Source of the DNA: Vicugna vicugna
Taxonomy: Eukaryota
Direction: 5' to 3'
Length of the DNA stretch: 64,000 bases
Assembly: GCA_013265495.1 (NCBI GenBank)
Contig: MU058009.1
Location: 3,677,780-3,741,779, forward strand
Part shown: positions 25,372-37,140 of the stretch, in pieces
How positions within the stretch are numbered: position 1 is the stretch's first letter
Layout: each line of letters begins with the position of its first letter
Translations under genes and position numbers: made by a program
Notes under the pieces: model-generated
Seen by the model: the letters and a program-made list of their open reading frames with translations, nothing else
Told to the model about the DNA's origin: nothing
The model's database searches: none

Positions 25372-25835
25372 TGCTCTAGTTAGCTATTGCTGTGTAACAA
25401 ATGAGCCTAAAACTTATATCCTGACTTGTGGATTAGGAATTTGGTCAGAATGGGGCTGGGTGAGTCTCCTGCTCCTTGGAGATCAACTAGAGTCAGTGGG
25501 TGGTGTTTGGCTGGTGACTGCATTGGCCTAGAGGGCCCAAGACAGCTTACACTGTGTTCCTTGTTGCCCTGGAAGGCCGTGCTCACGTGGGCTCCCTTTC
25601 CTCTCTCTGCAGACTCAGACCATTCTCCAGTACGGGTGGTGGCCTGGTGCTCCAGGGGCCCCAGGGGGAAGCTGCCGGTCTGCTCAGGCTGGGCCTGGGC
25701 TCCTGGGACAGTGTGACCTCTGCTGCACTCCTCTGGGCTGGCAGGGCTCTGAGGCTGGCCCAGGCTCAGAGGGAGGGGAACACCCTCAACCGTAGGACTA
25801 TCAAATCACATGAGGCCACCTTTAATCTGCCACAG
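25372..25835. mobile_element. MLT1-type MaLR solo LTR
   Basis: AGTTAGCTATTGCTGTGTAACAAAT...AAAACTTA start and ...TTTAATCTGCCACA end, typical of MLT1 LTRs. Confidence 0.65.
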
Positions 25836-26859
25836 CCACTCCCCAGAAACAACCAAAGTTCACAGAAAGGAAATGTGGAGGCAGAAAATCGTGCAAATTC
25901 AGTCAGACCTCTGTCAATGGCCTTCCACATTAGTAAAAGAGGGGTTGAGGCAAAAGAGCGTGTGGGGGGCTCTGGCTTAAGACTAATCTGGTTTCTAATC
26001 CTAGTTATTTGTTAGCCAACTAATCTTGGACTGTTTTCTCATCTGTAAAGTGTGGTTAATGGTAGGACCTACCTAAGTCTGAAGCTGGGTTCTTCAGGAA
26101 GCAAACCTGAGACAAAATGGAGCAAAATGTTCGTTGGGGAGCACCCTTGAAATTGCCACCAGCAGAAAGGGCAGGACGGGGAGGCGGGAGGAAGGAGGAC
26201 AGCGGTGCAGGCTGATAATCACCCCGCCGGACCCCAGGGGGCAAGGCTCCGGAGTGAGAATGGCCCTTTGGGCTAACTGCGGAGACGGAGGTTGCCGGAT
26301 CTCTACTGAGTCATTGGACGTGGCCACCCGGGGAGGGGACTGGGCCCTTGAGTGAGATGGCTCTCTCAGGCTGAGGGATCCCTGGAGGGCCGACAGCCCA
26401 CGGGATCTGCCAGTAACACTCCTGGCGGCTGGAACAAGCGCTCCCTGGAGGGGGACCAGGATGAGCACCCCATGCTCACGTGGTTAGTGGTGCTCCTGGG
26501 CACAGCGCAGCCCTTGCACGCTGTGAGCGCTGTCTGCACGCCAGCTGTCATCTGCCAGCAGTGGTTGGAGGCCGGCGACAGAAGCAGTGTGCTGGCGGGT
26601 GAAGTAGAGAAGGACCCGGAGATTGCACGTGAGGGGGCCAAGGGCTGCCTCCGCATTTAACAGAGTCAGAGGGAGCCAGGAAGAGGTTTGCTAACGGACT
26701 GGGCAAATTTGCAAAACTGCTAATGCATTCGCAGGCCAGTGTCAGTAAGGTGGCCCTCTCATCACTGCACGAACGAACGAGAAGGTCGTGGGACCACGTG
26801 TCTCCTCTCTCCCGAGGCAGCTCGGCACCGCCGGGGCACGAGGCACTGGGAGGATGACG

Positions 26860-27060
26860 CGCTCTGGGTTCAGATCCCGGCTCTGCTGTCCGCTGGATGC
26901 ATGAACTTTCATAAGTTAATTAATCTCTCTGATCCACAGCTTCATTTTAGGACAGAGATCATAGGGGCACACTTGCAGGGTACTTTGCAGTCATGTTTGT
27001 CTAAGTTGCCTGGAATGGAGGCCTGTGATCCACAAGCAGGGATGTTTTTGGTAAATGGGG
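26860..27060 (+). mobile_element. MIR SINE
   Basis: CTGGGTTCAGATCCCGGCTCTGC...AAGTTAATTAATCTCTCTGATCCACAGCTTC. Confidence 0.6.
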
Positions 27061-27214
27061 TCACCTGTGAACAGCCTCCTTTCCCCTCACTCAGAGTTGT
27101 CTAGGATGAATTCCAGAGCCTTGGCGTTCAACCTGGACACGGATTAAGTGTGCCTTGTGTCAGCTTCTGGACTGCACACTTGTCCGCGCGTGCTCTCCCT
27201 GGCGCCTCACGGTC

Positions 27215-27360
27215 ATGACTCGGGCAGCATTATTGCCCCCTTTCACAGATGAGGCAACCGAGGCTCAGAAAAGCTGAGGGTCGAAGCAGTCAAGTAGCAC
27301 AGTAAGTGGTCACGAACCCACGGTTCTGGCTCCAGGTCCATCTTTCCCACTGCATCACCG
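27215..27360 (-). mobile_element. MIR SINE
   Basis: ATTATTGCCCCTTTCACAGATGAGGCAACCGAGGCTCAGA. Confidence 0.65.
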
Positions 27361-30300
27361 TCACTGCTCCGAGCTGAGGCCTAGGCTAAGTACGTCTCTG
27401 GGCCCGGCATCTAGCGGGTGCTGGGCCTGCAGGGGCGCTCACGCCATGCCGGCTACACGGGCACCTCAGGATGGCTCGTCGCCCCAGGCTGGAGCATGCG
27501 TCTCCGTCAGCTGAGACTGTCAGCTTTCTCCGGAATGATTAAAAGCAGGTAAAGGAGGAGGAAAAAGACTAAAGAAATCATCTTTGTACATTTTAATCGG
27601 AGCCATTCTGAGCGGTCTGATAAGGCGGGTTGTGGAAATGTCAGCTTCTCCTTATCTCTAATTGACTTAAGTTGAGGCGGCTCTAATCCTTGTGTGCACA
27701 GCAGCCTGGAATAGAGCGATGAGGCCAATCGATTCCTACTTTTTAATTAACACATGAGCTGCTTTAAAACAATAGCATACTGGGGGCAGCGAGGGAGCAG
27801 GAGGGAATGTGAGACGGGTCCTCTCCCCGGCGGTGACATTTAGAGCTGTATTGACAAGTGTCAGCATCTGCTCTGAGTCAGGGACGGTGGACTAAGTATG
27901 CCTCGTGCCTGGGTGTGGTCCCTGAAGGCTGTGGCCGAGGTGGCAAGGGAGTCCCTCCAGGCACTAACAGGGCGACTCTTCCATTCACTAAGCTTTGTGG
28001 GGGGGCCCAAGGTGTGTGTTTGTGAAACTGGTCCTTGCACTGTCCTCTGTGCTGGTGCTTGGCCAGGGGCAGTTAATAAGTCAGTGGCTCAGTTCTGTTT
28101 GGTCCCAAGTCCTGAAAACCCAGTTTCACTGTGTGTCGGACGTCTCGTGTCCACGAGCAAGTGGAGTCTGGAGTGATTTCACCCACATCGCGGCCTCTGT
28201 GTCCATGTGTAAATCCCCAGGCACTCGGCGCTGACCCCCTAATCTCATCTTATGCGCCTGGCTTAAAGGGTTAGGCTTTTGTCTCCATCCCTGTGGCGTT
28301 TCCTTAGGCCAGCCTCCAGCTTGGTTGACCGCTGTCCTTGTCTCCTACAGAATGACTTCCACTTGCCCAGCCCTGGGAGCTGGGTTTCGCCCCCGGTGCC
28401 CTGCTCCCTCACTTCTGCACTCGTCTTACATCAGCTTCATCCAGGCTGTGGTCACGGCTTGTCTTCCGCCCCCGGTGGGTTCCATCGCTCCCCGGACAGT
28501 CCACCCTGTTCCCCAAGTTAGCTCCCTGGCGTCCTGTTACCTGCGGCCTGAGCTTTCCTTGGCATCTTAGACCCTGATGTTTGAGCTCTTCCCTGCCCTC
28601 GTTCTGGGGAGAGGAAGGAGCAACACACCCCACTGCTGAATTGGCTTCCCCAGACCCATCCCTGTGAGAGCCACGTCTGGTGCTGTCTCCTTCCTGGGCT
28701 GTTTTCAAGATTGCAGCCCTCCAGAGAGGTTCAGCGCCAAGTGGCCACGGTTGTGGTCCTTGTAGCATTCCTGGAGTGTGCGCTAGAGGGCAACAGGCTT
28801 CTAACTGGCCTCTTAATATATTAACAGATGGAAGACAGGAGCATGGGTGAGGGGGCTCTGAGTACTTCCCACTGCAGGCTGTAAAGATCTGACTGTTTCG
28901 GAGGTGTGGAAGGCAATAAATGAAACGGCTGTTTATAATGCTCTGCCCGGGCCCTCGTGTTAAACGTGCACCGCTCTCTCTTTCCTCTTGTTTGCATTTT
29001 GTTTGTTTTCATGTTTTCTGTGTCTCCCCCGAAGCTCTGGCCTCAGGGAGACACACTGACCTGGGAACATGCCCTTTTCCCTGTTAGAATTCGTATGTCT
29101 CTTAAGGAGAGGGACCATATTTTGCCCGGTGAGGTGGCTCCACGCTAATAAGACGAGGTGACATTAAGCACTTACTTTGTGTCCCAGACCACACTCTGCC
29201 CTTTATGTGTCTACTGCTTTGAAAGCTCCCCTCGCTCACTTGCTCACTTGGTAACTGAGGGAAGGGAAGTGGGAGATGTTGAGAAACAGCCTCGGGCAGG
29301 TCCCGGCAGCCGGGTGAGTGTCCGAGGCGCTCAGTCCGTCTGCGGCGCAGCCTCTCCACATCCGTCCCGGGGCCTGACACACAGAGGTTCCCTGTCAGGT
29401 GAGCTGAATGGATGATGAATTCAGACAAGAATTCCGTGTCCAGTTCTGCTACTGACTTGAACATTTTCTCTAAATCGCTGAACTTTGTTCTCCTATCTAC
29501 CAACTTCCATGAGGCCCAGGCCGTAGCAAGCGTGCAGTAGATACTGAATGAGTGACCGCTACATAAGGCGAAAAGTGAACTGGTGATGCTGGAGCGCTTT
29601 TCTAGGTCAGCAGTCTGCAAGCGCGGCCTAGGGTGAGCCCTCGTCTCTGACCTCTGCACCACGCTCTGCCCTCGACATTTTGACTACGTGCCACGCTCGT
29701 TGGCTGTGACTGCTCAGTGTGTGTGTCCCTCATTCCCCAGTGACTGAAGTCTGCTTCCCTGTCGCCCCTGGAGCCCCGCCCGGTGCCCAGAGGAGAATGC
29801 GAGTTCAGTAAACACAGGGTGAGATGGAACTGAGCGTTGCTTGCGCACACTTCAAGCCGGAGGAGCACTCAAGTAGCAGCGCCCTCTGGGCTATTGTTTT
29901 AGTTTGCAGAGAAGCTGCCACATGGTTTCTGCTAAACAGGTGCTTTTAACAGGTCAGGGAGCAGCACGCAGGCCGCGGGCTGGAGGCGCAGTTTGACCTC
30001 CTGCCGCAGTGCACTTACCATCCGCCCGTGAGTGCAGGTATCCAGAGAGGCCCCTGCAGCTTTTAGGAAATCCAGAGCGATGGTCTGAGAGAGAGACCCC
30101 CACGGAAACTGATGAAACCCCACTAACTGAATGAATGTTGCCCTGAGATGTTTGCAGACACACACACACACAGAAGACCCAACTTAATTCTTTCTGACCC
30201 TCAAGCTACTTTCAAAGTTGAGGGCAACATTAGACTCTCAGTCGTACTCCTTCCTGGAAGTGGGGTGCAAAACAGTTTTCAGAGGGCAACTAGGATGGGG

Positions 30301-31869
30301 AGACGCAGATCGGCTCCCAGTGCCCAAGGGAAGCACGAAGAGCCACGAGAGTCAGTCAGCATCGAGAGGGGCCTGGAAGATCGTGGCTCCCGTCAGCATC
30401 TGAGATGCAGGACTTAACGAGCACCTGCTTAAAGCTGAGGCCGGTGGGCGTGTTGGCTTCAGGGTGTTTGTCGGAAGATCGCAGACTCCCTAAGAAGTGA
30501 TTAAGAGAAAAGCCAAGAGGAAGATGGAACAGTGTGACCATGCGCCCCCCCCTTCGTTATCCCGCTGCACCTAACCTGCTTGGCATTCTTTACAAAAAGG
30601 CAGAGTCCTTCCTTTTTTTTTTTCCAATCGTGAATAATTTACTCCTGGAGGGCATAAAGCCTTATCCTGCTCTGCCTGCATCCTCAGACCCCCGCATACC
30701 TGTGCTCTACGCGTCCACCAGACACTCCTTCAGGGCAGGGATCGTGTCTCAGTGATTTGGGGCCCTCTCGTGCTAACACAGTGTCCTGTGCCTAGTGGAC
30801 ATTCAGTGAGCGGTTGCTGAATACACCAATCACAGAAATCCTACATGGGGCTGAGATATCCCCAGACTACCATGATAGAGTCTTTATATTCTTTTTTAAT
30901 TTATTTTTCCCCCATAAGAAGTTTTAATGTATGAGCGTTCAAGGGCAACAGAAAGAGAGAGAGAGAAAGAATACATTTACCATGGAAGTCACCCAGCGAA
31001 GTTTAGAGCTTTTCACAAAGAAAACGTACCAGTTATTTAATTGGGGGACTTGAAAGCTCACAAAAGGGAAAGGAGGGTGGGAAAACAGGAGGGGAGAAAA
31101 AGTACTTTCCCACTCGAGGGAGGACTGGGACAGGAACAAAAGCCCTGTGATTCGCCCAAGAATAGAGCTTAAAGGACCACAGCTACGTGCCAAGGCTCCC
31201 GCGGTCCTGCCAACCTCGGCTCACGCGGGGAGCCTGCTCTCTGACGCGGCCAAGGAAAGGGATTTGAGCAGGCAAACGGTGACCTTAGGCCAGCTGCACT
31301 GCAAGGCCGTTTCGGAGAGAAGAGGCACCCTGTCCTCCCCGCTCCCTAATTCTCGCCCCTCTCCCTGAGCGTGGAAGGAAGCAAAAAAAAAAAAAGAGTT
31401 AATTATTAGACTAGAAAGAACAAGACCGAGTGCACTGATGGGATAACTTGTGCAGAAAAAATACGGAGGCGATGAAGGAAGAAGCCTGGGTGGAGGGTGG
31501 GGAAGGAGAAAAGTGGTGGGAGGAGAGATGGCCGGGAGCAGGGCCATCAGGGGACCAGCCTGCAGCCAGCGGCACAGCCCGCCAGGGGCAAAGGCACAGG
31601 GCAAGGGCGTCCCCGGATCAGCTCCCCGAAGCCTCACCATCAGCACTGGCTGAGGACCCGCTCCCTCACACACAGGTGTGGGAGCCAGGTTGCAAGCAGG
31701 TCAGATAGGAAGACAGGAAGCCAAGGCTTCAGCTCCCAGGGGCCAGATGCCCCAGCCCGCCCGGAGTCCGGGCTTCACGTGCAATGGAAGCAGAGCCTGC
31801 GGCGGAGGGAGGCCGCGCTCTCTGCCCCCCACCCCAGAGCCAAAACCAAACTTCTAAGACCAACCGTGC

Positions 31870-32245
31870 AATGAAACATTCACTGAGCTCCCACTATGAG
31901 TTAGGAATGCCACCGGGCGCCGGGGACACAGAAGTGAGTGAGACATTGTCCCTCGCACGGGAAACTCTCGTCCGCGTAAGGAATCGCTATAAAACAAGGT
32001 AGTGGTTAATGAGGCACGTGCAAATCTTCATGGAAACAAGGAGGGAAACCCCAAGACCCCCGGTGTCTGGGGAACTGGCTCAGCCCATGTGAGGGGCTGA
32101 CAGTCTTGAGGGGAGGGTGGGCCGGGCATCCGGGACAGAGGAGCAGCAGCACCGAGGCCCAGACCCTGATGTTCGGGGAGGGGAGTCGGCCCGGCTGTTT
32201 GGTGGGGAGAAAGCAGAGACCAGAGTCAGCCTTCGAGATCTGCTG
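31870..32245 (-). mobile_element. L2 LINE 3' remnant
   Basis: AACATTCACTGAGCTCCCACTATG...GGGGACACAGAAGTGAGTGAGACATTGTCCCTC. Confidence 0.55.
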
Positions 32246-32269
32246 CCTTAACATTTTTTGGGGGGAGGT

Positions 32270-33440
32270 GTTTTTGTTTTGTTTTTTAAATTGTGGCAAA
32301 ACATGCATTAAAAAAAGAAACTTGCCATCTTACCTGGACCTGGAAGGCCTTGTGCTGAATGGAGTTAAGTCAGACAGAGAAAGGCAGAAACCGTGTGCTC
32401 TCGCTCCTGCATGAAACCTAACGGCAAACGGACAAGCTCGCAGACGCAGATCACAGGTCAGTGGTTGCTGGGGTGGGGGTGGGAGACGCGGGTAGACTGT
32501 TCTCATTCTCAGTTTAAATAAATTGAAACCCGAAATAAAGCTTATCATCTTAACTGTTTTTCATCGTACAGTTCTTTGACCTTTACTCCATTCATAATGT
32601 TGAATGGGCAAAAAAAGAGAGAGAGAGAAGTACATTTACCATAGAAAGATTCACCCCATCCGTCTCCAGGATGTTTCCATCATCCCAAACAGAGACTCTT
32701 CACCCACTCATCAGCAACTCCCATCTGCCCTGCCCTCCAGCCCCTGGACACCTAGATTCCACGTCCCGTCTCCGTGATAGTCTGTCAGTTCTTCATGTGA
32801 GGAGAAGCACACGATATCTGTCCTTTTGTGCCTATTTATTTCACTTAGCATAACGTTTCCAAGGTTCATCCAGGTCGTGGCATGCATCAGAATTTCATCT
32901 CTTCTTGTGGCTGAATAATAATTCCGTTGCATGTACGCACCACATTGTGTTTATCCACTCATCTGTTGATGGACAGTTGGGTCTTTTCCACCTTCCGGCC
33001 GCTGTGATCGTGGGTGTCCACGTGCCTATTGGAGTCCCTGCTTTCAGCTCCGTAAGGTCTGTACTTAGAAGCGGAATTGCCGCATTGCGTGTGCAGGTTT
33101 TTGAGGAACCGCTTCAATGCTGCCCACAGTGACTGCACCATTTTGCATTCTCACCAGCGACGCACACAGCTTCCAGTGTCTCCACACCCTCACCAGCGTT
33201 TGTTGTTTTCTGTTTTGTTTTGTTTGCCTTTACTTACAGCCGTCCTAATGTGAGTGAGCTGTTACTCGGGTTTAATTTGCATCCCCAGTGATCGGTGCTG
33301 CTGGCACCTTTTATGCGCCTGTTGGCCCTTGACAGGTCTTCCCCGGAGAAATGTCTGTTTAAGTCTTCTGTCCATTTTCGAATTGGGTTTTTTTGTTTGT
33401 TTTGGGGTTGAATATATGAGTTTTGAGTATTGGGGACTAT
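32270..33440 (-). mobile_element. Old L1 (L1M/L1MB-like) 3' fragment with ORF2 C-terminal remnants
   Basis: Minus-strand translations YYSATRRDEILMHATTWMNLGNVMLSEI and KQKNPIRKWTEDLNRHFS are L1 ORF2p C-terminal motifs. A T-rich tail lies at 32271-32287. Confidence 0.85.
32333..32537 (+). mobile_element. Short L1 3' insert (L1_Art-like) nested in opposite orientation in the older L1
   Basis: GGACCTGGAAGGCCTTGTGCTGAATGGAGTTAAGTCAGACAGAGAAAG...AGTTTAAATAAATTGAA, flanked by the degenerate TSD AAACTTGCCATCTTA (32318-32332) / AAGCTTATCATCTTA (32538-32552). Confidence 0.65.
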
Positions 33441-33761
33441 GGGACAGGAGCTAAATGTGACCAATAATGTTATAACCTTATTTGCCTTGAAGTTTAGTGA
33501 AACACAGTGGGGCCTGGCTGGGGCGGGAGACCAGGGAAGTGCTTCCAAGCCTCGGTGCTGTCATTGTGTGTCTTCTCGTATCTCTTGAGTAAGCAGCACC
33601 CCGCGCTCTCCTAGGGCCAAAGGTCATAAAACTCAGAGCAGGTGTGGGAGAGCCAGCTTTACAAAACCCCAGAAAGCCCCCAGGAAGCAGCCTGCGGTGT
33701 GAGTCACGCACGGTGAAAGCCTTGGGTTAGAGACCCAGTGCCCTTGTGTGGCGCTCCAGGG

Positions 33762-33797
33762 CCCGCACGCTCCCCGCACGCTCCCCGCACGCTCCCC
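33762..33797. repeat. Tandem 11-mer (CCCGCACGCTC) x3
   Basis: Directly visible. Confidence 0.9.
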
Positions 33798-34274
33798 ATG
33801 TGATGTGCATCCCAGCACTGGAGGAAGTGGGAAAGCGTGGCCTGGCCTGGCCCTGCAGCGTGCCTCTGCCTGTCTGGAAGTCCGGCCCTGGAGAACGTTG
33901 CAGGAGATGTCCCCGTCATGTCAGCGGGGGACCCGGGCCAAGGAGGACCGTGCCGTCAGCTCAGGGCTTCTCCGCCTGCCCTGACGGCGTCCTCCTGCTG
34001 GCTCTAAGGGGTCTCGTCCAGGATTGGTGGGCAGAATTCCCGCCTTCCGATCTGAGCTCTGCCCTGCTGCTCGGGTGACCTTGGGGGACCCTGAACCTTA
34101 GGTTTCCCTTCTGCACAACAGGGAAGGGAGTTGTAGCTGGAGGACTGTAGGAGGATTCCTATGAAACACAGCATGTTCTGCACACGGTGGATCTGGTGGG
34201 AAACAGGGTTTGAGAGGTGCCAGGGAAGATGGAAAAACTCAAAAGCACCGCCTATGTGTATAGAAAACAAACAG

Positions 34275-34320
34275 CAGCCCGGTCCAGTCCGGTCCAGCCC
34301 GGTCCAGCCTGGTCCAGCCC
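34275..34320. repeat. Tandem 10-mer (GGTCCAGCCC) x~4.5
   Basis: Directly visible, with two variant units. Confidence 0.9.
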
Positions 34321-36929
34321 AGAGGCAGGTGTCATCTCGCAGGTGGAATGCTCTGTGCTGTGTTTTCTTGCAGGTTTGAAGGCCCCTCCCCCAAGGCACA
34401 GACCCTGTTCCACGCCTGCCTCCCACCACGGAGCCCCCTCCCCACCCCACCCCTCCCTACCCCCCCAGGGCCTGGAGTTACCAGGCCATCCTGCTCCATC
34501 AGCATCATTCCCTGCGGTCCCCCTCGGAGGAGGGAGGTTTAGCTGCATTCATGAACTCAGAGTTAAGTGCCTCACAGCCCCCAGTCCAAGTGAACAGCTG
34601 GTCGCAGATACTGACGGCGAGAAAGGAAGTCATCAGTGTGCTGGGCGTTTCCCTGAATAGCAAGTGAACCGCTTATGACGTTTCTGACAGCACCTGACAC
34701 CCTGTCCCCAGGCCTGACCTCCCCCTGCCATCCGGCAGAGTGGCCCGGCTCTTCCCCGTTTGAAATGGGGGGGACGTGCAGCGTCTCCTGATGCTCACGT
34801 GGAACTTGTGTAAGTGGTGACGCTGGACCAGAGCCAGGGTCTGGGGACAGCACGGGAAGCAGACAGACAGGCACACGCGGAGGCTTTAGAATCAAGTTTT
34901 CGTCATTAGGTCATGACCTTAGGCGAGTTTCTCTGAACCATGGTTCCCTCCTCTGTGAAACGGGGCAGGTGCCTTTCCCCAGGTCCCTGGGTGGGCAAAC
35001 AGGACAGTATCTGAGAGGGTCCCCGGCACTTCGTTAGTACTTAATAAAGTTCTTCAGTTTCTAGTTCAACATAGAAGAAAACCTTTGCTTCTATCTTTGT
35101 CCAAATAAAAAGTCTAGGATGGTGTTTTGGGGAGAGGACAGGAGTGGGAGGGAGAAAAGGCACTTTCCCCGTGGCTGCACAGGCATCCTCCATGGGCACA
35201 GGGCCAGGATGGGAACGTCGCTTCTTGAAGGGGTGGCACAGTGGCCGGGGCAGGAGCAGGCTGTGCTCCGCCCGAGCCCGGCCGCCTGAGCGTCTGGAGC
35301 TCAAACCCGCCAGACGGGGCTGAGCCCATGGCAGCCGGTGTGAAGCCTGCCCCCCCGCCCGCCCGGCTGCGGCACCCGTCCCAGCATTGTCGGTGGAAGG
35401 AGCTGCCCTGGTGGCCCTGCAGAGAGGAGGAAAAAGGCCTTTCCTTGCAAGCATGTTTGCACTGCAGCCACACCGAGCGTGGTTTTAAAATTCACACTGT
35501 GTTTGCTTCCCAGGGTGCTTGATGCTTCTCACAGAGGAGGGAGGGAAGGCAAAGCTCATTTGTCTGTGCCCCGGTGGCCAGGGGTGGTCCAGGTGCCAGC
35601 TGCTGGCTCTGGAGCATGATGGCCTCAGGCAGGAGGAGGACTTAATCAATCAGTGCATTGACCGCGCCTGCTGAGAGCCGGGCACTGCACTAGGCGCCGT
35701 GGGGGATAGAAAACAAGGCAGAGTCTTTCCTTCTGGTGTCTTAAGTTCTAGCCAAGGGCGTTAACACGTAAGTGAGTGAAAAGTTAAATAGAAAAAACGA
35801 GATAAGTAACAGCTCAATTCAGTAGCATTGACGATGTCACTTGATACCCCGGCCCATGACTGATCACCGCAGGAGGGGCGTGGCCACTGCGCGCCTAGCG
35901 GGGAGTCAATCCGCGCGTGGTCATGCCTGCCTCCCGGAGGTCTGCGGCCACGCCCCCGGCCCTGGCCTCCTCCCAGCGCTGTTCTGAGGTTCTTGGTGGT
36001 CCATGGAGTGCTGGGCAAATGGCTAGGACCCTTATCAGAAGCCCTCCCCCGGCCCGTGCCAGGTGTTCAAGGTCAGGGCGTAAGTCCCAAGGGAAGGAGG
36101 GAAGGAAGACAGTGACTGCAACAGAGGTGAGCACCACGCCCTCCGTGGGCACCTCCCTTGGAGGACTCATCACAGAGCCCAGAAGCTGCTCCCGCTGTGT
36201 GTCCCACGAGCCATCCAAAGACAGAGCCTTGTCCTGCCTCCCGGCTTTTGGAGCTTCCTCTTCGCCACTGCTCACAATGCTGATGACACACAGAAACGCC
36301 CCCCAAAGCACGGCTGACTGGGTGTTTACGGAACACTGTGACTCAGGGCATTGCTACCGCCAGAGACGCCTGGTGTCCATGACGTGCCCCTCGGGGGGAC
36401 CACGGTGCCCTGGAAGGAATGACTCTTTCCTTGTCAAACAGCTGATGCTTATAATAAAGGTAGCGTTTGAAGGTTTGGGGCCAACTCTCAACTTACGGCC
36501 TGTTTTCCTTGGGAGAGAACTTGGAGGAGGGCGTCTTGCTCAAGTAAATCTTCCCTGAGACAGTCCTGGGGCAGGTGGGTCACTCGCGCCCCACGCGTGG
36601 TGGGAGCAGGCTGGTTCTCCTTCAGGATGGGGCGTGGGAGGTGGGCAGCATCCATGAGAGTAGGATGCAGCCTAACCTGGTACCCCTACAGCTTCCCAAG
36701 CCTCGAAGTGAATGTTGTCCAGCCCTGATGGTGAACCAGGAGGTGGGTGCGGCATGCAAGGTGAGCGGGGGCAGGTGAGTGCGCAGGACCGGGGATTTGC
36801 GGTCGTCGGCTGAGCACCCTCTGCACCCGGCAGTCAGAGGACGTGTGCACGTGGAGTTCGGAGCCCAGAATGTAGCATTTACTCAGTCACAAGCACTTAC
36901 TCAAGATTGATGAGTGGAGCAGACGATAA

Positions 36930-37140
36930 GAAACTTTTAAATGTTTTTCCACATTTTCCTACAAAAGTCATCAAACATACAGAAAAGATGGATTTTACAG
37001 TGAGTACCCACTAACTCATCGCTAGAATCTACAATTAACATTTTATTCAATTTTCTTTATCAGAAATTCATCTATCTATCTGTTATCCATCCATCAACCT
37101 GACGCTTTTGATTTTATAAAGGATATATTCCACTTAAGGA
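36930..37140 (-). mobile_element. Ancient L1 (L1ME/L1MC-like) 3' end fragment
   Basis: AT-rich TCAAACATACAGAAAAG...TACAGTGAGTACCCA...ACAATTAACATTTT pattern. Confidence 0.5.

Noticed and set aside
28780..29893. Convergent CTCF-like motifs (GCGCTAGAGGGCAAC at 28780; CAGCGCCCTCTGGG at 29877)
   Set aside because: Both have mismatches at the 5' core, and such partial matches are common in GC-rich DNA. They cannot be supported without PWM scoring or ChIP data.
35917..36558. 213-aa ORF (also 38582-39250, 222 aa)
   Set aside because: No recognisable domain or clear splice structure. The lengths are plausible by chance at this GC content, and the second overlaps MIR/L2 remnants.
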